A stretch of DNA of 47,599 nt from Nemertoderma westbladi (GCA_032718475.1 JAUCBJ010001587.1:1-47599); one strand, 5' to 3'; positions 26,201 through 37,587 are shown, counted from the first letter of the stretch. The notes: generated by a model from the letters alone, not told the origin. A program made the numbers and translations.

Positions 26201-29200
26201 GGTTCGGGTTCAATTCCTTTGATAATCGTGGTGTTTGTAGTTTACAGGCATCTCAATGTGCAGCCAGGTTCGGGTTCAATTCCTTTGATGATCGTGGTGT
26301 TTGTAGTTTACAGGCATCTCAATGTGCAGCCGGGTTCGGGTTCAATTCCTTTGATGATCGTGGTGTTTGGAGTTTACAGGCATCTCAATGTGCAACCGGG
26401 TTCGGGTACAAATCCTTTGATAATCGTGGTGTTTGTAGTTTACAGGCATCTCAATGTGCAGCCGGGTTCGGGTTCAATTCCTTTGATGATCGTGGTGTTT
26501 GGAGTTTACAGGCATCTCAATGTGCAGCCGTGTTCGTGTACAATTCCTTTGATGATCGTGGTGTTTGGAGTACAGGCACCTCAATGTGCAACCGGGTTCG
26601 GGTACAATTCCTTTGATGATCGTGGTGTTTCGAGTTTACAGGCATCTCAATGTGCAACCGGATTCGGGTACAAATCCTTTGATAATCGTGGTGTTTGTAG
26701 TTTACAGGCATCTCAATGTGCAGCCGGGTTCGTGTACAATTACTTTGATTATCGTGGTGTTTGGAGTTTACAGGCATCTCAATGTGCAGCCGGGTTCGGG
26801 TACAATTCCTTTGATGATCGTGGTGTTTGGAGTACAGGCACCTCAATGTGCAACCGGGTTCGGGTACAACTCCTTTGATGATCGTGGTGTTTGGAGTACA
26901 GGCACCTCAATGTGCAACCGGGTTCGGGTACAATTCATTTGATGATCGTGGTGTTTGGAGTTTACAGGCATCTCAATGTGCAACCGGGTTCGGATACAAA
27001 TCCTTTGATAATCGTGGTGTTTGTAGTTTACAGGCATCTCAATGTGCAGCCGGGTTCGTGTACAATTACTTTGATTATCGTTGTGTTTGGAGTTTACAGG
27101 CATCTCAATGTGCAACCGGGTTCGTTTACAATACCTTTGATGATCGTGGTGTTTGGAGTTTACAGGGATCTCAATGTGCAGCCGGGTTCGTGTACAATTC
27201 ATTTGATGATCGTGGTGTTTGGAGTTTACAGGCATCTCAATGTGCAGCCGGGTTCGTTTACAATTCCTTTGATGATCGTGGTCTTTGGAGGTTACAGGCA
27301 TCTCAATGTGCAGCCGGGTTCGTGTATAATTACTTTGATGATCGTGGTGTTTGGAGTTTACAGGCATCTCAATGTGCAGCCGGGTTCGTGTACAATTCCT
27401 TTGATGATCGTGGTGTTTGGAGTTTACAGGCATCTCAATGTGCAGCCGGGTTCGTGTACAAATCCTTTGATAATCGTGGTGTTTGGAGGTTACAGGCATC
27501 TCAATGTGCAGCCGGGTTCGTTTGCAATTACTTTGATGATCGTGGTGTTTGGAGTTTACAGGCATCTCAATGTGCAGCCGGGTTCGTGTACAATTCCTTT
27601 GATGATCGTGGTGTTTGGAGTTTACTGGCATCTCAATGTGCAGCCGGGTTTGTGTACAATTCCTTTGATGATCGTGGTGTTTGGAGTTTACAGGCATCTC
27701 AATGTGCAGCCGGGTTCGTTTACAATTCCTTTGATGATCGTGGTCTTTGGAGGTTACAGGCATCTCAATGTGCAGCCGGGTTCGTGTATAATTACTTTGA
27801 TGATCGTGGTGTTTGGAGGTTACAGGCATCTCAATGTGCAGCCGGGTTCGTTTACAATTACTTTGATGATCGTGGTGTTTGGAGTTTACAGGCATCTCAA
27901 TGTGCAGCCGGGTTCGTGTACAATTCCTTTGATGATCGTGGTGTTTGGAGTTTACAGGCATCTCAATGTGCGGCCGGGTTCGTGTATAATTACTTTGATG
28001 ATCGTGGTGTTTGGAGTTTACAGGCATCTCAATGTGCAGCCGGGTTCGTTTACAATTACTTTGATGATCGTGATCGTGGTGTTTGGAGTTTACAGGCATC
28101 TCAATGTGCAGCCGGGTTCGTGTACAATTCCTTTGATGATCGTGGTGTTAGGAGTTTACAGGCATCTCAATGTGCAACCGGGTTCGTGTACAATTCCTTT
28201 GATGATCGTGGTGTTTGGAGTTTACAGGCATCTCAATGTGCAGCCGGGTTTGTGTACAATTCCTTTGATGATCGTGGTGTTTGGAGTTTACAGGCATCTC
28301 AATGTGCAGCCGGGTTCGTGTACATTTCTTTTGATGATCGTGGTGTTTGGAGTTTACAGGCATCTCAATGTGCAGCCGGGTTCGTGTACAATTCCTTTGA
28401 TGATCGTGGTGTTTGGAGTTTACAGGCATCTCAATGTGCAACCGGGTTCGTGTACAATTCCTTTTATGATCGTGGTGTTTGGAGTTTACAGGCATCTCAA
28501 TGTGCAACCGGGTTCGTGTACAATTCCTTTGATGATCGTGGTGTTTGGAGTTTACAGGCATCTCAATGTGGAACCGGGTTCGTGTACAATTCCTTTGATG
28601 ATCATGGTGTTTGGAGTTTACAGGTATCTCAATGTGTAGCCGGGTTCGGGTACAATTCCTTTGATGATCGTGGTGTTTGGAGTTTACAGGTATCTCAATG
28701 TGTAGCCGGGTTCGGGTACAATTCCTTTGATGATCGTGGTGTTTGGAGTTTACAGGCATCTCAATGTGCAGCCGGGTTCGTGTACATTTCTTTTGATGAT
28801 CGTGGTGTTTGGAGTTTACAGGCATCTCAATGTGCAGCCGGGTTCGTGTACAATTCGTTTGATGATCGTGGTGTTTGGAGTTTACAGGCATCTCAATGTG
28901 CAACCGGGTTCGTGTACAATTCCTTTTATGATCGTGGTGTTTGGAGTTTACAGGCATCTCAATGTGCAACCGGGTTCGTGTACAATTCCTTTTATGATCG
29001 TGGTGTTTGGAGTTTACAGGCATCTCAATGTGCAACCGGGTTCGTGTACAATTCCTTTGATGATCGTGGTGTTTGGAGTTTACAGGCATCTCAATGTGGA
29101 ACCGGGTTCGTGTACAATTCCTTTGATGATCATGGTGTTTGGAGTTTACAGGTATCTCAATGTGTAGCCGGGTTCGGGTACAATTCCTTTGATGATCGTG

Positions 29201-30758
29201 GTGTTTGGAGGTTACAGGCATCTCAATGTGCAGCCGGGTTCGTTTACAATTACTTTGATGATCGTGGTGTTTGGAGTTTACAGGCATCTCAATGTGCAGC
29301 CGGGTTCGTGTACAATTCCTTTGATGATCGTGGTGTTTGGAGTTTACAGGCATCTCAATGTGCGGCCGGGTTCGTGTATAATTACTTTGATGATCGTGGT
29401 GTTTGGAGTTTACAGGCATCTCAATGTGCAGCCGGGTTCGTTTACAATTACTTTGATGATCGTGATCGTGGTGTTTGGAGTTTACAGGCATCTCAATGTG
29501 CAGCCGGGTTCGTGTACAATTCCTTTGATGATCGTGGTGTTAGGAGTTTACAGGCATCTCAATGTGCAACCGGGTTCGTGTACAATTCCTTTGATGATCG
29601 TGGTGTTTGGAGTTTACAGGCATCTCAATGTGCAGCCGGGTTTGTGTACAATTCCTTTGATGATCGTGGTGTTTGGAGTTTACAGGCATCTCAATGTGCA
29701 GCCGGGTTCGTGTACATTTCTTTTGATGATCGTGGTGTTTGGAGTTTACAGGCATCTCAATGTGCAGCCGGGTTCGTGTACAATTCCTTTGATGATCGTG
29801 GTGTTTGGAGTTTACAGGCATCTCAATGTGCAACCGGGTTCGTGTACAATTCCTTTTATGATCGTGGTGTTTGGAGTTTACAGGCATCTCAATGTGCAAC
29901 CGGGTTCGTGTACAATTCCTTTGATGATCGTGGTGTTTGGAGTTTACAGGCATCTCAATGTGGAACCGGGTTCGTGTACAATTCCTTTGATGATCATGGT
30001 GTTTGGAGTTTACAGGTATCTCAATGTGTAGCCGGGTTCGGGTACAATTCCTTTGATGATCGTGGTGTTTGGAGTTTACAGGTATCTCAATGTGTAGCCG
30101 GGTTCGGGTACAATTCCTTTGATGATCGTGGTGTTTGGAGTTTACAGGCATCTCAATGTGCAGCCGGGTTCGTGTACATTTCTTTTGATGATCGTGGTGT
30201 TTGGAGTTTACAGGCATCTCAATGTGCAGCCGGGTTCGTGTACAATTCCTTTGATGATCGTGGTGTTTGGAGTTTACAGGCATCTCAATGTGCAACCGGG
30301 TTCGTGTACAATTCCTTTTATGATCGTGGTGTTTGGAGTTTACAGGCATCTCAATGTGCAACCGGGTTCGTGTACAATTCCTTTTATGATCGTGGTGTTT
30401 GGAGTTTACAGGCATCTCAATGTGCAACCGGGTTCGTGTACAATTCCTTTGATGATCGTGGTGTTTGGAGTTTACAGGCATCTCAATGTGGAACCGGGTT
30501 CGTGTACAATTCCTTTGATGATCATGGTGTTTGGAGTTTACAGGTATCTCAATGTGTAGCCGGGTTCGGGTACAATTCCTTTGATGATCGTGGTGTTTGG
30601 AGTTTACAGGCATCTCAATGTGCAACCGGGTTCGTGTACAATTCCTTTGATGATCGTGGTGTTTGGAGTTTACAGGCATCTCAATGTGGAACCGGGTTCG
30701 TGTACAATTCCTTTGATGATCATGGTGTTTGGAGTTTACATGTATCTCAATGTGTAGC
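8242..30758. repeat. 66-bp satellite array, ~22.5 kb, ~340 monomers, with higher-order structure
   Basis: Consensus GATCGTGGTGTTTGGAGTTTACAGGCATCTCAATGTGCAGCCGGGTTCGTGTACAATTCCTTTGAT. Length variants of 64, 67, 68 and 72 bp occur, and block duplications are visible from diagnostic variants. Confidence 0.99.
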
Positions 30759-30844
30759 ATGCCGATTATAGATAGAGATAGATTGATTGCAAATGCAATG
30801 CGTCATCCAATCTGGATCTGTTAGGGAAACTGAAGCAAATAGTT

Positions 30845-31080
30845 GCTGTGGAGCTCTTTTGTGGTGTGAGCTGTGGAACTCTTTTGTGGAAGCTGTCACC
30901 CATGTTGTGAACCTTTGGCGAATAATCAAATGTTCCATAGTGCAAAGATTACACACGGTCAAAGCTTCCACAAAATAGGTCAAATGTTCCACACAGGTAA
31001 AAGATTCCATAGTTGGGTCAAAACTTCCACAACTGGGTTATACAGTAGTTTCCACAAAACTGGCCAAATGGTTCCACAAA
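30845..31080. repeat. Foldback-like remnant with ~20-bp subrepeats (TGTGGAA on the left, TTCCACA on the right)
   Basis: Several TGTGGA(A) motifs at 30845-30910 face at least six TTCCAC/TTCCAT motifs spaced about 20 bp apart at 30930-31078. Confidence 0.45.
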
Positions 31081-31288
31081 CCTACATTTTAATTAAATTT
31101 TATTTTAGATTATATCATGACCTACTATGGATAAGACCCGCCTTGCTGCTGCAAAGCCCCTAAATTTAGTGGGCCAGTTATTTTTCTTAGTTCGAATCCC
31201 TGAAACAATACATCTAGCGCGTCGAAAGTACGTGGCCCTAACAAAAAATATGTCCTCTTTCTGATGAGACAAATAAAAATTGAATAGA

Positions 31289-33421
31289 TCCAGTAGTTTT
31301 CGAGATATGAGGAGTTCTTGGCACCCATACCATATCAGCACTTTTCGGAATTGATAAAATTACACAAAATACACCACCCTTCAAGGTATAAAACCATTAA
31401 ACCATATTATGCTTTTTTTGGTTAGTCGAATTCATTATTAGTGATCGAAAGCGAAATTAGAATAAAATCTTCATTGTTTATTTTTTAACACTAAATGAGC
31501 ACCAAAATTACAAGTAGCTTTGAAATTTTAAAATAGCCAAAAGTGGTAATTTGGCCGAATAGTTTGTCTACTGAGGTTTTAGAATGTGCTGAATTATTTG
31601 GCAAGGTTTATAAAATTGTGGTATTTTCAAAAATGGCCTATTGTGTCAGTCGAAAATTTAAGTGCCAGCCAGTGTACTTCTATTTCAGTACAGCAGTACT
31701 CTAGCAGTCTGGTACTACTGGTCCGATAATGTAGTGTATTATTCTGTATGTGGTATGTGCATTGCACTGTACTGCGTCACTGGCACGTTAGGCATTCCAT
31801 TACTGCTGATTGCATTATGCTGTTAGAGGCATCAATGCCTTATCATTATTACATCTGATTACGTCCGTACCTGTGTTTATTTCACTACCGGTAGTTATTA
31901 TCACCTCTACAGGGGCTGGCAGCCAGGGTGCCTAATCTTGGTCTGGACATATATCTGAATCCTGTATGAAAGCAGTAGCAGTTATAGTTGGAAAGTGCTG
32001 TTTGTATGGATGCCGCTCGCGCTCTTGGTCTACAGTGGCACTTAGTTCGACTCGTTAGGGCTCTTCTACAGAACAGTTGACATCAGGGTCTGCCACTAAC
32101 ATTTGTACATTTCGACTTGCGATATATTTAGTAACCAACAGTGGCCATTTTTATCAAAAGATGCTGTTAAACGGTTCACCCGGAATCTGTTCAGACTTCA
32201 GTGTGCTAAATGCCTCACAATCTCCTCGAAGACCGCTATTAAAAACAATATACCGTCCATCGTAATTCATGAAGGAGAGTAAAATTAGCTTTTTTATCTG
32301 ATGTAGAGATGGAACTACTGCTGGACTTGGCGTTGGAGGGGCCGGTTATTGTTTAAGAACCATGACGCTAGTGAAATTCTCCTACCTAAACCAGCGGGAC
32401 TCCTATCTGAATTCCCTGAGGATATATCGGCCCTTTCGGAGGATCTCAAGACAATGCGTGACCACATTAACAGTGTTCGCTTTGTAGATTTAATAGACAA
32501 AGTATATCATATGCTGAAATAAATTATTAATATTACGACTTCTATATAATGAGGAACTGATATTATTTAGGGATTATTATTAACTGCAATTTTTGATATG
32601 TAATGGAGTATGGTTACTACTTAATTACACTACGCCATGTCCTGGAATATACGTGTCGTTTAATGATTTGATTTGGCTAATATGGTTGGATATTACGACG
32701 ATATTTTTGAGTGTCATATTCGTGATCATCATCCCAGAAAACCCAAAATGTCATAAAATTAGATTGATTTGGTAATGATTTTTGATTAATCAAATTTGTG
32801 CTACTTGTATTTTTCGTGCCGCACATTGACAGGTATCCAAAATAGCCGAAATCAACAAGGAAGATATTTTTAAATGTCATATTCGTGATCAGCATCCCAA
32901 AAAAACCATTTTGCTCATAAAATCAATTTGATTTCGTGGTTATTTTCATTATCATATTTCCAGTAGCCGCCCTACTTGTTTTTTTCCTGCTCCAGGGGGC
33001 CCACATAACTGACTAATAACTAATATAAATAACAACATGCCTATGTTGTTATATTACACAACTCTTCGATATGTTAGATGTAGAGGAATAAACCTTCCAA
33101 ATGAAATCAGCACATTCTAAAACCTCAGTAGCCAAAATATAAGATCAATTTACCACGTGTGAAAAAAAGTGCTACTTGCACTTTTGGTGCTCTTTTAGTA
33201 TCTATTAAAAAAACTGAAAAAATTGCTTCTAATCATGCTTTCGATTACTGATATTGAATTCAACAAACCAAAAAAGCATAGTATGGTTTAATGGTTATAC
33301 CAAAGTCTTTGAAGGTGGTCTTTCAAAGGCTTTGAAGTGATTTTTAGTAATTTTATCAATTCCGCAAGGAGTTGATATGGTATGGGAGCCAAGAACTCCT
33401 CGTATCTCGGAAACTACTGGA
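31289..33421. mobile_element. Non-autonomous DNA transposon or foldback element with ~320-bp imperfect inverted repeats
   Basis: 31289-31612 is the reverse complement of ~33088-33421 (TCCAGTAGTTT.CGAGATA.GAGGAGTTCTTGGC.CCCATACCATATCA ... CTACTGAGGTTTTAGAATGTGCTGA). An internal direct repeat (GATATTTTT...TGTCATATTCGTGATCA.CATCCCA) lies at ~32700 and ~32863. Confidence 0.75.
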
Positions 33422-33544
33422 GCTATTAATCAAGTCTAACGACTTGCTAATAGTCAGTAGCCAGTAGTCAGTAGCCAGTAGCTTTTTTTTCTTACAGTAA
33501 TCAAGTCTAACGACTTGCTAATAAGAAAGTTATAAGACGTTTTG

Positions 33545-33737
33545 TATAAAGGCGGCACCCTGCCGCCCTGGGGGTCAGGATAATATATGTAAAGGGCACT
33601 CTGCTGCCCTGGGGGTTAAGTGATAATTATATAAAGGTGGCACACTGCCGCCTTTATGAGCATGGTCCTAAATTATTTAGAAGGATTAAAGGCGGCAGTA
33701 TGCCGCCTTTTTTAAGTGTTGGTACGCAAAGGGTTAA
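33545..33737. mobile_element. piggyBac-type transposon end with palindromic subterminal repeats
   Basis: Four AAAGGCGGCA..TGCCGCC-type hairpin motifs are followed by ...GCAAAGGG|TTAA, which reads TTAA-CCCTT on the other strand. No partner end was found in the window. Confidence 0.55.
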
Positions 33738-33768
33738 ATTAACAAAACCCTTTGTTTTGCATATTTAA

Positions 33769-34082
33769 GGCCCCCCTCACACGGAGCAACTAATTTGTTT
33801 CTGCAACTTGTTTTTGAAACTTGTTGCCTGACACCCTCACATACAGAAACTTGTTGCTGGACTCCTCACATACAGAAACAAGTTTCGGAAACACGTTGCA
33901 ACAACAAGTTGGGGGGTGGTGTGTGTGTGTGTGGAGGGGTGGGGGGAGGGGGGGGGGGGGGTGGGGGGGGGGGTCCAGCAACAAGTTTCGGAAACAAGTT
34001 GCAGCATGAAGCTTCAGTAACAAGTTTCTGTGTGAGGGGGTCCTGCAACAAGTTAAACAAGTTGCTCCGTGTGAGGGTGGCC
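33769..34082. mobile_element. MITE (Harbinger- or Kolobok-like termini) carrying an internal G-rich tract
   Basis: TIRs GGCCCCCCTCACACGGAGCAAC / GTTGCTCCGTGTGAGGGTGGCC, flanked by (T)TAA and TTA(T). Internal inverted subrepeats ACTTGTTGC / GCAACAAGT are present. Confidence 0.8.
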
Positions 34083-34301
34083 TTATTCTGTATTTCAAAA
34101 ATCACAGTACAATTATTGGATAAGAGAAATTGTATCGATAGATGAGGTGTTACACTCTTATGATTTCACTAAAGTGGTTATTGAGTAAAGGTTGCAATAA
34201 CAAGGCATTAGATTAGTAATTAGTGAAAGTGTTTTAACAACTACATATCGGCCATTGCAAGGTGAATGACTATACAAATTAAAAAAGACAAATTAAATAA
34301 T

Positions 34302-34488
34302 TTTTAAATAAAACAGTTGAATTATTTCAACTAATAATTAAGCCTGTAGGCGTATTACAGCAAATAGATGAGCTGGTAACCAGCTGATCTCTTGAGGAAT
34401 CACTTCTACACGTGCGCACGTGTTACTAATACATACGCACGTAGTATAATAATTATTGGTTGAAATAATTCAACTGTCTTATTTAAAA
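34302..34488. mobile_element. AT-rich MITE with ~39-bp TIRs
   Basis: TTTTAAATAAAACAGTTGAATTATTTCAACTAATAATTA versus TAATTATTGGTTGAAATAATTCAACTGTCTTATTTAAAA (2 mismatches). Confidence 0.75.
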
Positions 34489-34683
34489 CGAACAATAATA
34501 TTAAGCAAAATAATTCAATTTTGAAACTTTATTACAATCGAGCAATAAATGTCACGCGAAATAATTAAGTTGAAAAACATTATTTAAATCGACCAATACT
34601 ATCACTCGTATTAAATTATTGAATACTACATGTACTGTATGCCATATTCTCAGAAGTTCATTGGTTGTTCAATATTATTTGTT

Positions 34684-35637
34684 TTAAAAGCACTTCCGGT
34701 GAACAATAGCTGGGCCGTATTCGTCATATTCCTCTTTGCTAATGCACATATCCATGAACGTGGAAAGAGAAGCGAGAATAGAACCACCGATCCATACGGA
34801 ATACTTCCTCTCTGGTGGAGCGATGATCTTAATCTTCATTGTTGGCGGGGCCAAAGCTGACATTTCCTTCTGCATTCGGTCAGCTATTCCTGGATACATG
34901 GTTGATCCTCCTGATAAAACCGTGTTAGCGTAGAGATCTTTTCTAATGTCAACATCGCATTTCCTAATTGAATTATACATGGTCTCGTGGATCCCTGAGA
35001 ATTCCATGCCAATGAATGCTGGTTGGAACATGGTTTCTGGAGTTCGGAATCTCTCGTTACCAATGGTAATAACCTGTCCATCAGGCAACTCGTAACTTTT
35101 CTCTAGACTAGAGCTTGAAGCAGCAATGCGCATCTCCTGCTCAAAATCTAATGCAACATAGCACAGCTTCTCCTTGATATCCCTAACGACTTCTCTTTCT
35201 GCAGTTGTAGTGAAGGAATAGCCTCTCTCCGTAAGTATCTTCATTAGGTAGTCTGTCAGTTCAAGGCCCGCCAAACTGACATGCAATATGGCGTGGGGTA
35301 GAGCGTAGCCTTCGTAGATGGGTACGGTATGGGTGACACCATAACCGGAGTCAAGAACGATTCCGGTGGTCCTACCAGAGGCATACAGAGACAACACAGA
35401 TTGGATGGCGACGTACATGGCTGGAGTGTTAAAGGTTTCAAACATAATCTGGGTCATCCTTTCTCTGTTCGCTTTGGGATTGAGAGCAGGCTCAGTAAGT
35501 AGCACTGGGTGTTCCTCTGGGGCAACTTTAAGTTCGTTGTAGAAGGTGTGATGCCAGATCTTCTCCATATCGTCCCAGTTGGTTATGATTCCATGCTCGA
35601 TGGGGTACTTTATCGTTAAAATGCCTCGTTTGCTCAT
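34684..35637 (-). CDS. N-terminally truncated, diverged actin-like ORF (317 aa); functional gene versus young pseudogene is unresolved
   Basis: Collinear with the neighbouring actin from SKRGIL to HRKCF, with 27 substitutions in 316 aa and no indels or stops. Homology ends immediately upstream of the Ser codon, where an in-frame ATG sits. An AATAAA lies at 34528-34533 (minus). Confidence 0.65.
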   Translation of the reverse strand: MSKRGILTIKYPIEHGIITNWDDMEKIWHHTFYNELKVAPEEHPVLLTEPALNPKANRERMTQIMFETFNTPAMYVAIQSVLSLYASGRTTGIVLDSGYGVTHTVPIYEGYALPHAILHVSLAGLELTDYLMKILTERGYSFTTTAEREVVRDIKEKLCYVALDFEQEMRIAASSSSLEKSYELPDGQVITIGNERFRTPETMFQPAFIGMEFSGIHETMYNSIRKCDVDIRKDLYANTVLSGGSTMYPGIADRMQKEMSALAPPTMKIKIIAPPERKYSVWIGGSILASLSTFMDMCISKEEYDEYGPAIVHRKCF

Positions 35638-36584
35638 TCCAAATTATATCATAATTACATATACATTGAATAACATTGTAACAGTTAGTCTGTAGAGCAT
35701 CAGTTACGAGTCACAGCTCAGTTTCATCACGAATCATCAGTCAGGGAATTGAAGTCGTAAATTTTACAACTGCAAAGTTCTGATAATTTTACTTAGGAAT
35801 TATTCATTCACTTCAGTTAAAATTTAGATTTTCCATGTATAGTAAGTAGTATATAATTAATATGTCGTCGATAATGATTATTTAGAAGATTTTTATAAAT
35901 AACAATATTAAAATTTTATAGTAAAATTTACAAAAGAACTTCACAAAAGGAAAGCCACAATGGACATAATTTGAGCTAAAAATTGTGTAACATAATTTAA
36001 TGTTCGTTGACTAACAGGTTTATTGCGCTTGGTGCAGTTGTCATTATCATATGCATTATTGGTCGTATGACATTATAAATATCTTAATTATTTTAGAATT
36101 TGATTATTTGATGTAAAACATGAAGATTGATTCGACACAATAATTAATCTATTTTATTCACACGAAATTAAATTGCTAAGAGTTTATACGAAATTGATTT
36201 TATTGATTGCAAAGATACATCATCGATTCATCTGCTTTGATTGGTTGGTTGACTAGTTCGAAAAATTTCAAGATGACTAAGCGTATGGGTACAAACACTA
36301 AACCGACAGACAGACACCAGCCAACGACTGACATCCGGCAACCAGTAACCACAGCCGACAACCAATAAAATATTCAGTAAAAGGAGCAGGTTAAAGTAGC
36401 TAAGATAACCAAAACAATAAACGAAAGTCAATAGCACAGGTTATAGTTTAATTTATGCTCGGATATATATTTGCGTCGATTTTCCCTGGATAGTGATGCA
36501 TTTTTATTTCGCTTGAATTTTATTGTGACAAGAGTCCCCCACCCATTCATGTTCTATTGTTTATAGAATGTGAGTCTAAAATTC

Positions 36585-36920
36585 TAGCTATTCCATGGGA
36601 GTACATACTAGGCCCTAACTGCGGAACACAGCAAAACCAAATCTCTGGGTGGTACGTACAGCGTTGGAGGTTTCTCATTGGTACTCCCAAGCTTGACTCT
36701 TGATCAAATCCGCCTCCGCTTCGCAGTACATTGCTTTTGCCGTGTAGACAAGGCTTTGCACAATCTTGTGCTTTGGCAGCCCCGAAATAGAAAACAGAAA
36801 ATAAGCATGGTGGACAGCCCATGAATTTCTTGAGACGCCTCTTAAAGGACACTGACCTTAAAGATGCGGATAATCGGAAGAAAGTCATGGAGGATAGAGA
36901 CTTGTGGCGGTGCAATTTTA
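36585..36920 (+). mobile_element. 3' fragment of an RTE-clade LINE ORF (decayed)
   Basis: Frameshifted translation IRLRFAVHC...LHNLVLWQP...MNFLRRLLKDT...VMEDRDLWR matches the C-terminal pattern of RTE/RTEX ORFs (RLRFAGHC, LVLWQP, DRxxWR). Confidence 0.65.
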
Positions 36921-37587
36921 TCGATAAGCCGGCATAGCATTGCAGCATGCGGCTTGTGGATTGTATACATGGTGGTGGCACAAATTTATTGTTAAGCCAA
37001 CAATGTGCAGATGCAATGTGCCGATTATAGTAGTAGGCCTATTGTAGTAGTTTGCCTAGAAGTATTGTTCACAGCAGGCTACAAATCTTAACGTTCCTCA
37101 CCCTATTGGGACCACTGTTCCGGGATCACTGTATAATTTTCCTCTAAACAGGATTAAAAGTTTATCAAATACTGTATCTATTCGTCGGCCTTTTATGTGT
37201 TTGATCATTAATTGGAAAATGCTATGATCAGGGTTATGATCAGGGATTACAGTTGCATTAACAGCTCAACTCCAATTTATGATCAGGGTAGGAATTGTAT
37301 TTATTGTAGTGTAGATACAATAAATAAATATAAAGTAGAGTAAGACGAGTAAAATAATAAACTCATAAGGAACAATTACTCCACCCTAATGTAATTTATT
37401 GTTAGAATTGAAAGAATACAGAATTATTACCAAAACAAACCATTTTATATTCCTAAACCACTACAGAGGTTATCATTAAAGTTCAAGGGTCATATCTGTA
37501 AAGAACATACAATAATCTGATTGATAGTCGAACTGTTTTGGTTTCACTCTCGTTACTCGTTTAATGCCTTATTGCGTGTAAATGGTA

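Noticed and set aside
8196-26942. Dozens of overlapping repeat ORFs on both strands
   Set aside because: They are translations of the 66-bp satellite, repeatedly broken by 64/67/68-bp frameshifting units and stop variants.
3089-30758. CRISPR-like appearance of the regular repeats
   Set aside because: There are no unique spacers and no cas genes, and the context is eukaryotic (spliced actin, SINEs).
31218-31272. Possible type II hammerhead (GTC-GAAA ... CTGATGA-GAC)
   Set aside because: No convincing helix I or III forms between the motifs.
33790-34145. Poly-Pro and poly-Gly ORFs
   Set aside because: They derive from the G-tract inside a MITE.
35690-35750. Hammerhead-like core on the minus strand just upstream of the truncated actin (CUGAUGA-UUCGUGAU-GAAAC...GUA)
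   Set aside because: Helix II lacks a closing pair and helix I does not form next to the core. It is at best a dead relic and probably chance.
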